A stretch of DNA of 64,000 nt from Octopus sinensis (lineage: Eukaryota): contig NC_043013.1 of assembly GCF_006345805.1 (NCBI RefSeq), forward strand, positions 52,948,001 through 53,012,000. The letters run 5' to 3'. Below are positions 1-13,652 of the stretch, one piece after another (the first letter of the stretch is position 1; each line of letters opens with the position of its first letter). Under the pieces are notes generated by a model. It did no database searches. It had not been told where the DNA came from and was given only the letters and a program-made list of their open reading frames with translations. Position numbers and translations under genes: made by a program.

Positions 1-234
1 AGCGGACTATTGCTTCAACAACGTTCTACTCATGATAATCGTGTCTTTTACATCCCAGGGATGATGGATATATTTCTAGATTGCTCTAAAACCTCGTAGG
101 TATTATTTTAAATTCAAGATGCAATATTTTGTGGGAATTTTGTTGCTACTCCTAGAATGTCGGGTCGCCAAAATGAAACCCCTTCGTAGGGGTTATGATT
201 GTGGTTTATACTCAGATGAGTGAAGGATCCTGGT

Positions 235-345
235 ATAGTGATTGGGGTGTAGGTGAACGGGGTTTCGTTTCCCGGACCGATCGCTGCGTTGTGTTCTTGA
301 GCAAAATGCTTCATTTCATGCTGCCCTACGATAGCATTAACATAT
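235..345 (+). mobile_element. Degenerate 5' part of tRNA-derived SINE (family S1, CORE-like)
   Basis: Similar to the head of the 16261-16586 copy, including GTTGTGTTCTTGAGCAAAATGCTTCATTTCA (cf. GTTGTGTCCTTGAGCAAGACACTTTATTTCA). Confidence 0.45.
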
Positions 346-394
346 GTGTTGTGCTAACTGACACGCCATCCTTTTCGACAATACGGGTCTCCAC

Positions 395-672
395 ATAATC
401 CAATCAACAGCATAACCTGCTCCCGGTATTAACGTGCAAGTGGCTGAGCCCTCCACAGGCACCTGTACCATTAACATAGTTCTCAGGGAGATTCAGCGTC
501 ACAGGGAATGTGGTAAGATTGACGCTTTGAATAACAGATACTTCTCGTTTTTGTACCAGAATGGAGAAACGTGACATAAAGTGTCTTGTTCGAAGACACA
601 GTGGTGAGAAAGGTGTCGAACTCATTGCTTTACAGCCGTAGGCCAAATCCCATAACCACTTCGCCACACGCC
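395..672 (-). mobile_element. tRNA-derived SINE, family S1, diverged copy
   Basis: Collinear with 16310-16586 (ATTAACGTGCAAGTGGCTGAG, GTAGTTCTC/ATAGTTCTC, ATAAAGTGTCTTG, AACCAC..GCCAC..GCC). Confidence 0.7.
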
Positions 673-896
673 TTCACAGGCAATGTTGATTCGATGTAGG
701 GAACAGGCTAGTGTACAGTACTGGCATTTAATAACTGTAAACAAATCATCTGAGCAGGTTGTTAAGGAATAGTTTGTGGAAAGCCCCCAACCCCTGTGGC
801 TTGAGTCATGAGAGTCCAGCACCCCCACTCCACCAGTTGAAAGGTGGGGGAAAATAACTTCATTCCAGCCGGGACCAATGACAGTTAAAATCTGTC

Positions 897-1120
897 AAGT
901 CGAACCTTGGTTCCAAATTGTGGTACAAAGTCAGCAGTTTTGAGGGCGGTGGTGTTATGTTGATTACATCGATTCCCAGGTCTCGAAACTATTTTATCGA
1001 CCGCCGAAGAATGAAAGGCAAAGTCGACTTCAGCAAAATATGAACTCACAGCGTAAAGACGGACTGAATGCCGCTAAGCACTTTACCTGGCCTGCTAAAG
1101 ATTCTACAGGACCGCCGCCA
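897..1120 (-). mobile_element. tRNA-derived SINE, family S3 (Nin-like central domain), diverged
   Basis: Reverse complement matches 61338-61572 (ATGAAAGGCAAAGTCGAC, GAACTCA, CTGCTAAAGATTCT, CCGCC end). Confidence 0.7.
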
Positions 1121-1314
1121 GATTATCAAGGAGTTATTTTATAAAAATGAAACTGCTTTTATGATGTGGCTCGTTCATTTAAAGAGTTGCTCGAGTTTAA
1201 TGTCGAGCTTATTCTGGACTGAGCTGATCGATAAACTGATCCATTCCAACAGTGAAAATCCAATCCTTTGTTATAATATAAGGGTATCTGGGAATATATT
1301 ATCCAATAAGTAAT

Positions 1315-2030
1315 TTGTATATATACGCACATACATACACACTCACACACATACACACACACACACACACGGACATACATCTATGCACACACATACATAC
1401 ACACATACTCACATACATTCATCGGACACACTGCCACCCGGACATACACACAGACACACTCACACATCCACACACATACATACTTACGCACATACTCGCA
1501 GGCGCGCGCACGCACGCGCTTGCGCCGGTTCGCGCACGCATACGCTCCGCAGGCACCTCGCTCTTGGAACCGACAAGACCTCCCGCCCGTCCCTGGGACC
1601 GTCGCGTGTCGTTGGGTTTTCCCACGCCCGCCTCCGCGGGACCACTCTTCCATCTTCCCCTCAGCTGGAGTCCTTTTTCCTTAACCCCCCCCCTTTTTCG
1701 TTACCACACGCGCACACATATACACACATGCTTAAATATATACATTACTCTTACACACATTCAATCTACTCGCCATTTATACCACACGACACTGGACACA
1801 CACACACACTACTACTCAACACACGCTGGCACGCTACATACGCCCCCACCCCTTCCCCTCCCTCCCTTCCTCCTTCCTTCTTTTTCTTACTACTGCCCTA
1901 CCTCACACGCCTACACACAGACGCACACACTAACACACACATATATATTTTTTTGTTTTTTCATCTCGCCTCACACACACACATACACACACGCACACGC
2001 ACACACTCACACATACACACACATCTGTTG
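1315..2030. repeat. Imperfect (CA)n-rich tract with a GC-rich core at ~1495-1700
   Basis: Direct reading; the 319 aa and 227 aa His/Thr-rich ORFs are repeat translations. Confidence 0.8.
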
Positions 2031-2099
2031 CGTTACCAACCTGTGTCTCCACTCTTTTGCCTTTAAAAACCCACTTTGCTCTGTTTTCGTAAACATCCG

Positions 2100-2314
2100 C
2101 CTTTCACCATGTGCAACTCGTAAACACCAGTCGTCTTTTTTCTCTTCCCTGTTGCCCGCTCTGGGATCTTTCTTCCTCTCTTTCCTTCTTTATGTTTCCG
2201 ACGAAGAGCTCCGCTCGAAACGTCATACCTCCCTGCTTCCATTTCCTGAGCGCCTATTAATAATAATACTGTAATTGTTCCATTGTTGTTGTTTTTTTGT
2301 TTCCCGTTTGGATT

Positions 2315-2330
<16 letters not shown>
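2100..2330 (+). mobile_element. Short pyrimidine-rich element carrying a minimal HHR motif (PLE pLTR-like, family P2-related)
   Basis: Shares TGTTTCCGANGAAGAGC-NNN-GCTCGAAACGT and downstream CTTCC..GAGC..CT..TAATA layout with 48470-48680 (-) and 18400-18570 (+). Confidence 0.55.
2191..2228 (+). ncRNA. Minimal type I hammerhead-like motif, U4C variant
   Basis: TGTTT-CCGACGA-A-GAGC tcc GCTC-GAAA-CG-TC-ATAC; 4-bp stem II, palindromic ACGT stem III, GUC triplet; stem I weak. Confidence 0.5.
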
Positions 2331-2345
<15 letters not shown>

Positions 2346-2670
2346 CGTATATATATGTATAAATATGTATGTATGTATCTATCTATATATAATTATATGT
2401 GTATATATATGTATGTATGTATGTATCTATATATACATCACATATATGTATATATAATTGTATGTGTGTATATATTTATATATATGTATATGTGAGTGCT
2501 TGTGCGCGCGTGTGTGTATAGAAATAACAGTTTGCTTGACACATGGTTAGAGTCTCACTTTTCCTATTTAGTTTGTTATTCTACTCATGTATCCCTGTAT
2601 ATGCATATATAACACAGAGCAATATGATGTGAAGAAACAAGCCAATGAGAGGTGAAAAAAAGCGACAGAA

Positions 2671-2706
<36 letters not shown>

Positions 2707-3611
2707 GGAGGGAGAGTGAGAAATAGAGAGGGAGAGCGAGAGAGAGAGAGGGAATGAAATACATATTCCTATCAATATCTTTTGAACGACTTGAATGTCA
2801 TAATTCCAAATAGGAAAAGCTAAAAGAGAAAAACGTCGCAGAGATTCAAATATGAAATGGTATTTCACTAACGTGGGTCCTCCACCTGTTACTCTGCGTA
2901 TATATATATGTATACATATATATATACATACATACATACATTAGTATATGTATACTCATACACCCATGTATATATGTATATAGATATGTATATTTATATG
3001 TATATCTGTATATATATATATAATATATATATATTATATATATATATATATATATGATATATACATATGTGTGCGTGTGTTTGTGTGCATGTGTGTACTA
3101 CTCCTTACATGGTCTGATGGAATATCCTAGCATCCAGCATTGAATTCTCGCTTCATATAACGAGATATCATATATTTTATTATTGATTTACTGTAAAGCA
3201 ATTATATAGGATGTATTTATCCACTTCGCTGGAACGGAAACCATGCGCCATGTTTATCTTATACTGTTTGATGGACGCCATATTTGTCCTACTAATGAAA
3301 ATGGGTTTTAGTTGGATTGCGTAGTTCTGCTTCTGTAACTGTAATTCATTTTGTTTTTGTTGTTTCTGTAGATATTGTTTCTGCTTTTTCCCCCTCTTCT
3401 TTGCATGTTTCCATAGTAACGAGGTTCGTTTAAACTGAGTTTCTTCCTATAATTGTGTAGAAGTATCCCTGTAGTTTTCTTCTCATTATTATCGTCATTT
3501 CATTCTATTTCATCCCTCCACCATCCATCGATCGATCCATTCAGTTATTCATTCTTCTACTTCTTTTTTATATGAAGGGTATCAAATGCTATGGAATGAC
3601 AATAGTCTCTG

Positions 3612-3659
<48 letters not shown>

Positions 3660-3879
3660 TGTGTGTGTGTGTGTGTGTGCGTGTGTGTGTACATATAAAT
3701 GCATATTTATATATACATACATTTACATATATATACATATATATATGTATATACAAATATTTATAAATTTATACATGCATACATAGGTACCTATATATTT
3801 GCAGGTTTTCTATCTTCAGTTGTTTTACGTTGTATGTTCATTGCTTTCGTATTACCTACACATATTTGCATACATGAAT

Positions 3880-3884
3880 AGATT

Positions 3885-3967
<83 letters not shown>

Positions 3968-3968
3968 T

Positions 3969-4032
<64 letters not shown>
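3880..4032. repeat. (GATA)n microsatellite
   Basis: Direct reading. Confidence 0.95.
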
Positions 4033-4197
4033 GTAATTAGAGCTATAGATATATGCATATACTTATACAAAAATGCTCCGGCACTTGAAACTCTGGGTAC
4101 TATACTAACAAATTACTGTTTGTCCTGAATTATACTTATACATATATAAATAATCCTTTATTTACCTAATATCGAGGATTCATTGTTTTGTTGTCAC

Positions 4198-4199
<2 letters not shown>

Positions 4200-4284
<85 letters not shown>

Positions 4285-4330
4285 CATCATCATTATCATC
4301 ATTATTGTTATTGTTATTGTTGTTGTTGCT
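4200..4330. repeat. Compound (ATT)n/(CAT)n/(TGT)n trinucleotide microsatellite
   Basis: Direct reading. Confidence 0.95.
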
Positions 4331-5514
4331 ATTATATGTGGACACACACACATATATACATACATAATATGCGTATATTTGTGTATGTCTGTGTGTTTGT
4401 GCACGTAAGAGAGAGAGAGAGAGAGAGAGTAACTATACGCGTTTATGTATGGAATCTTCGTTTGATAAACATGTTTATGCTTCATACTCTTTCTTTAAAT
4501 ATCATTTGATGTTCTAATGTCATTCCGATTCGATATTTCTGAAATATAGAACATCAGCATCGAGCCAACCATTGCCGTATAAAACATATCTGGATTGTAA
4601 CGACGATATCATTTCAGATTTCGACGTTTCCTATTAAAGCGTGTAAAAATACATCATATTCATATCATCCGGATAATGTCTTTTATCACACATACACATC
4701 AATATATAAATATATACAGGGAGAGAGGGAGTGGGAGAGAAAGTATATGCATGTATTATATACGTAGATATATTCTTTGATAATAAGAAAATGTTAAAAA
4801 GAATTTACAAGAAAGTATTTGAGAAAGTAATAAGAACAGGACTCCAAAAAGTAGAGTTCAATAAAAATCATGTTAGTTTGGTAGCATATATATACACAGA
4901 AGGAGACGTATTTCAGAATTTACAAAAAATTATAGAGGAGTATCTGACCTTTCTGATATATTTTCTCTTGTGTATAGCTAAGGAATGTTTGCTATCTTAA
5001 GGGACAGTGTGTGAGGTTAGTTGGGGGAGGCAGAGCAATGTAGAATTGAAGGGATTTTTGTTTCTGGGATTGTCTGTCATGGTTCAGTGGTTTTTTAGTC
5101 TGGTCTTAGAGGTCAGAATGCTGTGAGTGTGTGGCTTTGTGCACATCTCTATGTGTGTGTATATATATATACATGTGCTTGTGTTTTATGTTTGGTAGGA
5201 TGGTGTGAGTATATGTGTGCACATTTGTGTATGTGTGTATGTGTTTGGATGTAATTGTTTAGCGTGTGCGCATGTGTGCCTCTGTGTGTGCGTCTGTATG
5301 TTTTCTGCTTTGCTTTGGTGGGGATGTTATGTGTGTGTACGTGAGTGTGTGTATAGGTGAGTGTGTGTGTCACTGTCTGAATATGTATGTGTTGATATAA
5401 TTGTCCTGGTGGTATGTGTGTGTGTATGTGTCTGAATAATATTTGTCTGGGTGTTTGTTCGTATGTGTTTGTTCGCGTATATGTGTGCGTCTGTGTGTGC
5501 GTGTGTATGTTCGC

Positions 5515-6950
5515 GTACCCAAAAGGTATTTGTGGAAATGCAGGCCGTATTTATAATTGCATTCTTCATAAATTTGTAATTCTAGGTAGGCCATCACCAG
5601 GCTTGCATATGTAGGGGCAACTTTAGTGCCCATTGCAGTCCCGGATATCTGTCTAGGTGTTATTATTGAAATTCAGAAAGTTGTTTTGGAGGATACACGT
5701 AAGGCGAGCGATTCATGAATTCTTTTTTATTCTTTCCGGGACCTCATTGGGGTATTTTTCTATCCAGAATTTAACGGCTTCCAGTCCATATTGATGTGGG
5801 ATCGTAGTCTAAATGTTTATTAATCCTAAGAAGACAATGAAAATGTCTTTACTGGTATGTTTGGGTAGATGATTTAGTAGGTCCAGGTCATCTCTTACAA
5901 TACTTGGTATGTGTTTAAGTAGTGATTTTAAGAGGATAATGATAAAGTTGCTTAATCTGTGTTTCACAGTTTGGGCCTGCCACAACTGGTCTCAGTTTGA
6001 GATCAGTCGGACGTGGTACACTGATGCAAGTTGTTTTGCAAGCTTCGGTAATAATTTTGTTCTTCTGGATTTTTGGAAGCCCATAGAGGATGCTGGTTTT
6101 GTAATTAAAGTTTGTTAGGTAGTCGCATTCCTTTGCTGTTAAGTTATTTCGATGTTGGCAAGTGAGTGTGTTAAATTTGCTCATTGTTTTTGAATGTTGG
6201 TAGTTGACTAATCTTTCATAGTAAGAGATGAGATACAGAGTTTTTGTATTGTTCAGTATCCAAAATGACGGCAGTACTACCCTTATCTGCTTCCTTGATT
6301 GTGATGTCATGATTGTTTCGTAATTCATAGATCATTTCCCATTATCTTTTACTGATTTTGGGTTTGGGTTTAGGTTGTGGAAGTTCACTGTAAGGAAAGT
6401 TTGAAATGTAGTCACAGAATTTGTCCAAAGTTTTGTTTCTGCCTTTTGTGGGATTATAACTGCTCTTGTTACGAACCCTGGACTCGTCGCTATTGATTTC
6501 TTTGTCAGAAAATTCTTCTGTGAAACGTAGTTTTCTGCAAAAGTGTGAGGCATCATCCTTTATTTCACACAAGGATTTTGATTTATTGGGTCGACAAGTT
6601 CAGGTTTGAGTGATTCACTACTTTTGGCTTTTCAGTTTTGGTATCTACCACCCGGTGTCTTGGATTCTGTTGCAGTGGCCTAAAAAATTATTTCTGGTGG
6701 TTCTTCCGTCTGCGGTATTTTGGTGTGTGTTAGCCTTTCCTCCATTGATGTGTTGCCTACTAAAGGGGTTTTGGTTATTCCGGGGTCTGGGTTGTTCGTA
6801 TTGGATGTAATGTTGGTTCCTTATAGTGGGTTGGAACCTACAATCATTGTTTAAAGGTGAATTCTTATATGGTTGGTGGAATCTCCGAGTTTGGAATGGT
6901 TTAGAGGTGAATTCCTATGTGAAGGGTGGAATCTCCGATTTTGGAACGGT
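5515..6950 (-). mobile_element. Penelope-like element, N-terminal and RT fragment (frameshifted, 3' truncated into CA repeats)
   Basis: Minus-strand peptides FCRKLRFTEEF..DESRVRNKSSYNPTKGRNKTLD, LYGLPKIQK..LRPVVAGPNCET, IPHQYGLEAVKFWIEKYP, GTAMGTKVAPTYASLVMAYLE are typical PLE RT motifs; ~50-bp tandem duplication at 6851-6950. Confidence 0.85.
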
Positions 6951-7034
6951 TCTTGAGTGGACTTTTACATACACAAGCACATACATGAACAGATGCACGC
7001 ACACAAACACGCACACACACGCACACACACACAC

Positions 7035-7067
<33 letters not shown>

Positions 7068-7076
7068 ATTCTGAGA

Positions 7077-7145
7077 AAGTTTGAAAATGGGCTAAATCTT
7101 ATGCATACATATATATATATATACATTATATCTATATCTATATCT

Positions 7146-7177
<32 letters not shown>

Positions 7178-7289
7178 TATATATATAATATATATATTAT
7201 AATATATATATATATATATATATAGATAGATATAGATATATATGTATATATATATATGTATGCATAAGATGTAGCCCATTTTCAAACTT
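7077..7289. repeat. Fold-back inverted repeat (~45-bp unique arms around a TA/TC microsatellite)
   Basis: AAGTTTGAAAATGGGCTAAATCTTATGCATAC (7077-) versus GTATGCATAAGATGTAGCCCATTTTCAAACTT (-7289); one mismatch. Confidence 0.9.
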
Positions 7290-7315
7290 ATATATATATA
7301 TATATATATATATAA

Positions 7316-7471
7316 CAAATAAGTAACAAGGATGTCCAGGTATCAGTGCCTTGCGGCTCTTTCAAACTGCTCCATTTAAATTGATGTAATATTTTCATTG
7401 ATCGTTTAAATAGTGCCGCTTGAAACGGCAGTGTAATGCATTGATTCCTGGTCATCCTTGTTGCTTATTTG
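7316..7471. mobile_element. MITE-like imperfect hairpin element
   Basis: CAAATAAGTAACAAGGATGTCCAGG.. and ..CCTGGTCATCCTTGTTGCTTATTTG are inverted, with degenerate complementarity continuing inward. Confidence 0.55.
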
Positions 7472-7580
7472 CTATTTTTTCATCTAACTTCGAGCTGCGC
7501 GGACTATACCGAACTGGCTTGGTGCCTCAATTTAGGTACCTAATTCAACTGAATCTTAATTACATTTATATATATGTATA

Positions 7581-7618
<38 letters not shown>

Positions 7619-8144
7619 TTGTTCAAATATAACAAGTGTAATTTTTCAACGTGTGACGTGGATAGCTTTTGCTATATATTTGTATGTGTGTGAGAAAATA
7701 AAGATAGAAAGACGTTTGACTATTTTAACCAAGCAATTCCTTAAGGAGCGTTCGTGACTCACCGGCTATGAGTCAAGATCCTTCTATGGACTCATTGCGC
7801 ATAGAATTGCATAATTATGAATTTAAGTTACCTTGACGAAACCAAATGGATTTTAACCCGTATGTGTGTGTGTATGTGCATGTGCGAGTTTGCATCCTTA
7901 CTTTAATGAGTTTCATTCGCCTTTATTCATTAAGCTTCAATCGTATATTTTATAATGATTTTAACCCCTCCCCTCGCTTTTATTTAACTTCTATGTTCCA
8001 TTCTACAAATCATTTTATCTCCAACCCTGTTTAATGTACTTTGCATTTCATTATACCTTTCAATCCCTTGAGGCGAATAATCAAACAATTATATACTTGT
8101 GAGTTTGTACGTATACGTTTCTGTGTGTCGACATACTTACGGTA

Positions 8145-8188
<44 letters not shown>

Positions 8189-9364
8189 ACACACACACGC
8201 ACACGCACAGACACACACATATATATATATATGTATATGGTAATAATTAACTTATATGTGATTTAATAGGCTTTTACCAGAGAATCAACGAAGGATAATT
8301 TCATTATGTTTGTAATGATTCAGTTATTAATTCAACTGAGGAATATATTATACATTATTTATTGAATTATATTCCACACAGCTGTTTAAATGTAATTTGA
8401 ATACGATATTAAGCATACTTAATTAGGATTATAATGGCTGTCTGAAAACTTCGCATATATTTCTGTTGGATTAGTGAACGAAAACATGGCGGTTAGCTAT
8501 GCACGTAGACGAGGCCCGTTGCAAATATATATGAGATTCTACTTCATTTAGACGGAGAAAATATTAAATTATAATAAGAAACATGATTTTACATATTAGT
8601 GTAGATGTTTAGCCCAAGGTATTCTTAGATTGGGCAGAACTGTGTTCAAAGACAATCTAACAGTGACTATCAAATCTTTTTTTTTAACTTCATTACAATC
8701 AGGGTCATATTTTCTAATCTATTCTACATTTTGAAAGGCAGTTGTGTGTTGCTATTTTAAATGTTTGATTAATCAGAAAGAGACTCGGATATTTAAGGTT
8801 AAATGAAATAGAAATATCAAGAAAAAGTTGGAAAGCTTTACTGCAGATCAATCTGAATAATATCGATGTCTGAGTTTGTCATAAATCCATTGATTTGTAA
8901 GGCTGATGTGCAATGTATTAAAATCGATGCTGTTACATAACTAGAAGTTGTTTATCTACTAAAGAATATGAGAGACAAAATAATTCCCACTGGCTTTGCT
9001 GCAAGAAGGGTAAAGAGGCGAATCTGTCTATGAAATGTCAGAATCAGAAAGCGGGTTTTGTGCTGCGGAGGAACGGTTTTTGGTCATTGATGACTATAAG
9101 AAAACAATAAATAAAGAAAATACTTCGAGCCATTTCAGCTTCACCAGTCAACACCAGGAAAGAACAGATAATCAATACTCCTGTTTGTCCACTCTTTACT
9201 AAGTTTTTATGTCTGGGTAGTGGGGAGTGGAGGTTCTGCGCATGTATAGAGGTACTTGTATGTACGTATACATAAAAACACGTAGATTTCAATCAAAGTA
9301 GTAGGCGTAAAAAGCATGCGAAAATTTACCTATCACAACGTAGATTGGAAAAAGTAATGAACGC

Positions 9365-9405
9365 GTCGATTGATTTTCGATCCTTATTAGGGTCTCGTCA
9401 GCGAA
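9365..9405 (-). ncRNA. Degenerate hammerhead-like motif
   Basis: Minus strand CTGACGA-GACCCT aata AGGATC-GAAA; stem II closed by G-C, but NUH/stem I register is imperfect. Confidence 0.3.
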
Positions 9406-9863
9406 GTCTACATCACTTCATCAATCCCAGCGGAGTAAGCAGCTAACGTGTTTATTAACATAACAAATCTAGTAAGATCAGAAAACTGGGGCTATTAATT
9501 TGCATTCACTTTTTATATCAAGTGACCCGTGAAAGGAGATATCAGTCCACACGGGATCAAGGAATGGTACAATATATGTAAACCCGCGTAATAGACATAC
9601 AGACATAGCGATTTTCAAGTATTTCTCCAGACATTGGAAGAAAATATGAACGACATTAATCGATTTTCGGCCTTTGCTGGGAACACAACAGATGTATCTA
9701 CATCTCTTAATCAAGCGACAGTAAAATAGATTCACACATTCAAGCAAGCATGCGCACATATATATGTCTGTGTGTGTGTGTGAGACTGTTTTGAAATACA
9801 TGTGACTCCAACGAAATGAGTAGCGTACTACATTCTTTGGCGTTTTTTATTCATTTGTATGTG

Positions 9864-9916
<53 letters not shown>

Positions 9917-9919
9917 GAA

Positions 9920-9953
9920 AATAAATACAGAGATAGATAGATAGATAGATAGT

Positions 9954-10032
<79 letters not shown>
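9920..10032. repeat. (GATA)n microsatellite
   Basis: Direct reading. Confidence 0.95.
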
Positions 10033-10782
10033 GCAGAAAGACGCACAGACAGCTAGCTAGTCTGCAAGCCACCTAGCATGATAGATTTGGATATACATAT
10101 GCATACATATATGTGTGTGTGCGTACGTATGTGTAGGTGTACAGGCATTTTAAAAATTGTTTTGTTCACAATGAAGTGGATACCTCCCTCTTGGCACACG
10201 AGATGAATGAACACCCAACGAACGGAATTTATTATAAAAAAAAATTCAGCCAACTCAAAGCAGAAACGAAAGCAGAGCGCTTTGCTCGCGAGGAATTTGC
10301 GATAGGTTTCATGACAATATATGAAGAGAATGATTTGTTTTCGATGTTGTCTAAAACGCCAGTGATTGTAGCAGCAGAGAAGCCTCAAATATGGCGTTAT
10401 ATTACCGCATTATGGCTTACACCGGAGATCAGTAGCGACAGAGTAGGTTTTGTGACTCTACGGATCTACTTCCTTCCTTCCTATAATACATTTTCTCTAC
10501 TACAACGCGATGTATCTAATATACGCATCCATTTAGAGCATTAGATGTTATTAAATTTCAATGCAAATTTAATGACGCCGTTTAAATTTGTTTACTTGTA
10601 ATAATGTGTGCATTGTTATTGCGTTCGTTTAATTAGATCCGCTCCTTTAGATGATGAATATACGCTAGCACTTGAAGGATTCTGCACTGCTTAAGAAGTA
10701 TGCTGTTTATATTACTTGGCAAATTGCAATGTTATATACATTCAAGCACATATTATTTACTCACACATATACACACACATAT

Positions 10783-10830
<48 letters not shown>

Positions 10831-10948
10831 GTGTATGGAAACAAACAGGGAGACAAATGGTGCCTTTATTAAGGACTATGTTAAGATATTGGAATATGTT
10901 ACATTCTATAAAACTGGGATATGTGTGCGTATATATATATAGAAAAAA

Positions 10949-11002
<54 letters not shown>

Positions 11003-11011
11003 ACACCACAC

Positions 11012-11065
<54 letters not shown>

Positions 11066-11179
11066 TGTGTGCCGGTGGGGTATGTGCACGAATAAATATA
11101 TATATGGAAAGAGAGAAAAATGAGGGATAACAAGGTGATAGACTGAAAACGAAAGACAGAGATGCATGTGTGTTATATT

Positions 11180-11481
<302 letters not shown>

Positions 11482-12029
11482 GCCACCCGACTCCAAGTAT
11501 TGCATATATAACCTAATATATTCATTACTATCTCTGAATAAACCACTTAATAAAGGCTCCATAAACCTGTCAAACTTTAAATTTCCTTATTTCAGTTTTG
11601 AATTTATAATAATTTTCTGTCAATATAACACATAATTAAATCCATATCACACTGTTTTCTAATGTGTTTATTTAAATATAATATTATTATTATCTTGAAT
11701 ATCATAGTATAAAATATACTTGTCAAAATTATAATTTAATTGTTGCAGATTTTAATTCAAATCTTTTCTGAAAATTTAATTACGTTTAAACAATGTTTTT
11801 CTGCTATGTGTATAATCATTTCTGGGTAAGGGTTAACAGAATCTTTAATCAATTTATTCCGCTCAGAGACACAATAATTATGCATAAACGATACACACTT
11901 CTCTGTACCGGTATATAGCATGAGATGACGGTTCTGTAACTTTTGTATATAAGACTAATATATGCGTCTTCAACGTATTATGTATGTATGTATGTATGTA
12001 TCTGAATTTATATTTTTATGTACGTATAT

Positions 12030-12240
12030 GTATATATGGGGAGATTTCACGAAAAAAACCCCACAAAAGACGAAGACAGGTGGTGTACAAAGCAAACAGA
12101 TGCATTAGTATAACGCTCAGGAATTGAAAAAGTCTTTTACGTTTCGAGCCTACGCTCTTCAACAGAAAGATACACAGAAAAAAACAAGGAGAGAAAAAAA
12201 TATGTGTTCTGGTTACCGATCTAACATGGCGACTCATATG
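12030..12240 (-). mobile_element. Short pLTR-like element with minimal HHR (family P1)
   Basis: Reverse complement aligns along its length with 32760-32975; 3'-part fragments also at 30960-30995 and 31125-31170. Confidence 0.65.
12132..12170 (-). ncRNA. Minimal type I hammerhead-like motif, A6U variant
   Basis: TCTTT-CTGTTGA-A-GAGC gtag GCTC-GAAA-CG-TA-AAAGA: perfect 5-bp stem I, 4-bp stem II, palindromic ACGT stem III, GUA triplet. Confidence 0.6.
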
Positions 12241-12904
12241 CTTCTATATATGTATATAGAGAGCTATTGCATATATATCATATATATAACTATTTGAACC
12301 TGCGTTAGACAATGAATATCTGATATCTCGGCGCCCTATTGTTATTTCAATTGTTTTGCATAATAGATGGGTTCTCTCTCTTTCAACGCGACAGAAATAA
12401 CGAAATCTGGGATTGAGGGCATGAAGCAAGAAATAAGTATAATTATATTCTATACCATATGTTTAGTCTATTATGGAGTTTACTTCTTACACACACACAC
12501 AGAGGTTTGTATGTATATATTCTCACTATGGTCCCGCAAATTCAAACGGAAATATAAACAGTCGCTGGTGTATTCTTCACAGGAAAATAACTTCGTTTTT
12601 ATGACACCAGGGTGTTTATAACATGGCTCACTGAAGCAAGGAATGATGTTGTATGAACATTTTACTGAAATAGTGATAATGAATGAATCTTTCTGTAACG
12701 GTTATTATTTGTTTATTATTTACCTTACTCAGAACCTGCTATTAGCGTGGACTTGGACTCTGTTACTTGCGTTACAATTGGTGCTGTGTGTTTTCTTAAA
12801 TACAGCCTTGAGACCCATAATATATTCAGTTGGCTGCAGTTAGTTGTGTATAAATTCACCATCTAAGTACCTGATTCACCTGTATCCTGGACTTACACAC
12901 ACAT

Positions 12905-12935
<31 letters not shown>

Positions 12936-12984
12936 CATATATATATGTGTATATATATATATACACATATATATATATATATAC

Positions 12985-13032
<48 letters not shown>

Positions 13033-13036
13033 TATA

Positions 13037-13119
13037 CTTTATTTAAAGCAGCAGAAAAGTCAACAAAACCTGTTACTCTGAGTTTCACGTTGTTGAATTT
13101 TCTGCTGCTTTAAATAAAG
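13037..13119. repeat. ~83-bp imperfect palindrome
   Basis: CTTTATTTAAAGCAGCAGAAAA and TTTTCTGCTGCTTTAAATAAAG are perfect 22-bp inverted arms. Confidence 0.85.
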
Positions 13120-13213
13120 CATATTACTCTACCACTGGTATTTGAGTACTCTTTTTACCACCTTGTTTTACTATGTATATATACATACATACATATATAG
13201 AGTAATAATATAT

Positions 13214-13256
<43 letters not shown>

Positions 13257-13259
13257 TAT

Positions 13260-13652
13260 TACTCTTTTGCTTGTTTCAGTCATTGAATGCGGCCATGCAC
13301 CTTTAGTCGAGCAAATCGACCCCGGGACTTATTCTTTGTAAGCCCAGTACTTATTCTATCGGTCCCTTTTGCCGAACCGCTAAGTGACGGGGACGTAAAC
13401 ACACCAGCATCAGTTGTCAAGCAATGCTAGGAGTACAAACACAGACACACAAACACATACACATACATATACATATATATACATATATACGACAGGCTTC
13501 TTTCAGTTTCAGTCAACCAAATCCACTCACAAGGCATTGGTCGGTCCGGGGCTATAGCAGAAGACACTTGTCCAAGATGCCACGCAGTGGGACTGAACCT
13601 GGAACCATGTGGTTGGTTAGCAAGCTACTTACCACATAGCCACTCCTGCGCC
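13260..13652 (-). mobile_element. tRNA-derived SINE family S2, full length
   Basis: Reverse complement of 46750-47172: GGCGCAGGAGTGGCTATGTGGTAAG head, CORE-like TCTTGGACAAGTGTCTT, internal TA/TG tract, (AAAAGAGT) tail. Confidence 0.9.

Noticed and set aside
4730-5130. 89-aa ORF and adjacent non-repetitive segment next to the PLE
   Set aside because: No recognisable motif; may be part of the PLE 3' region but cannot be supported.
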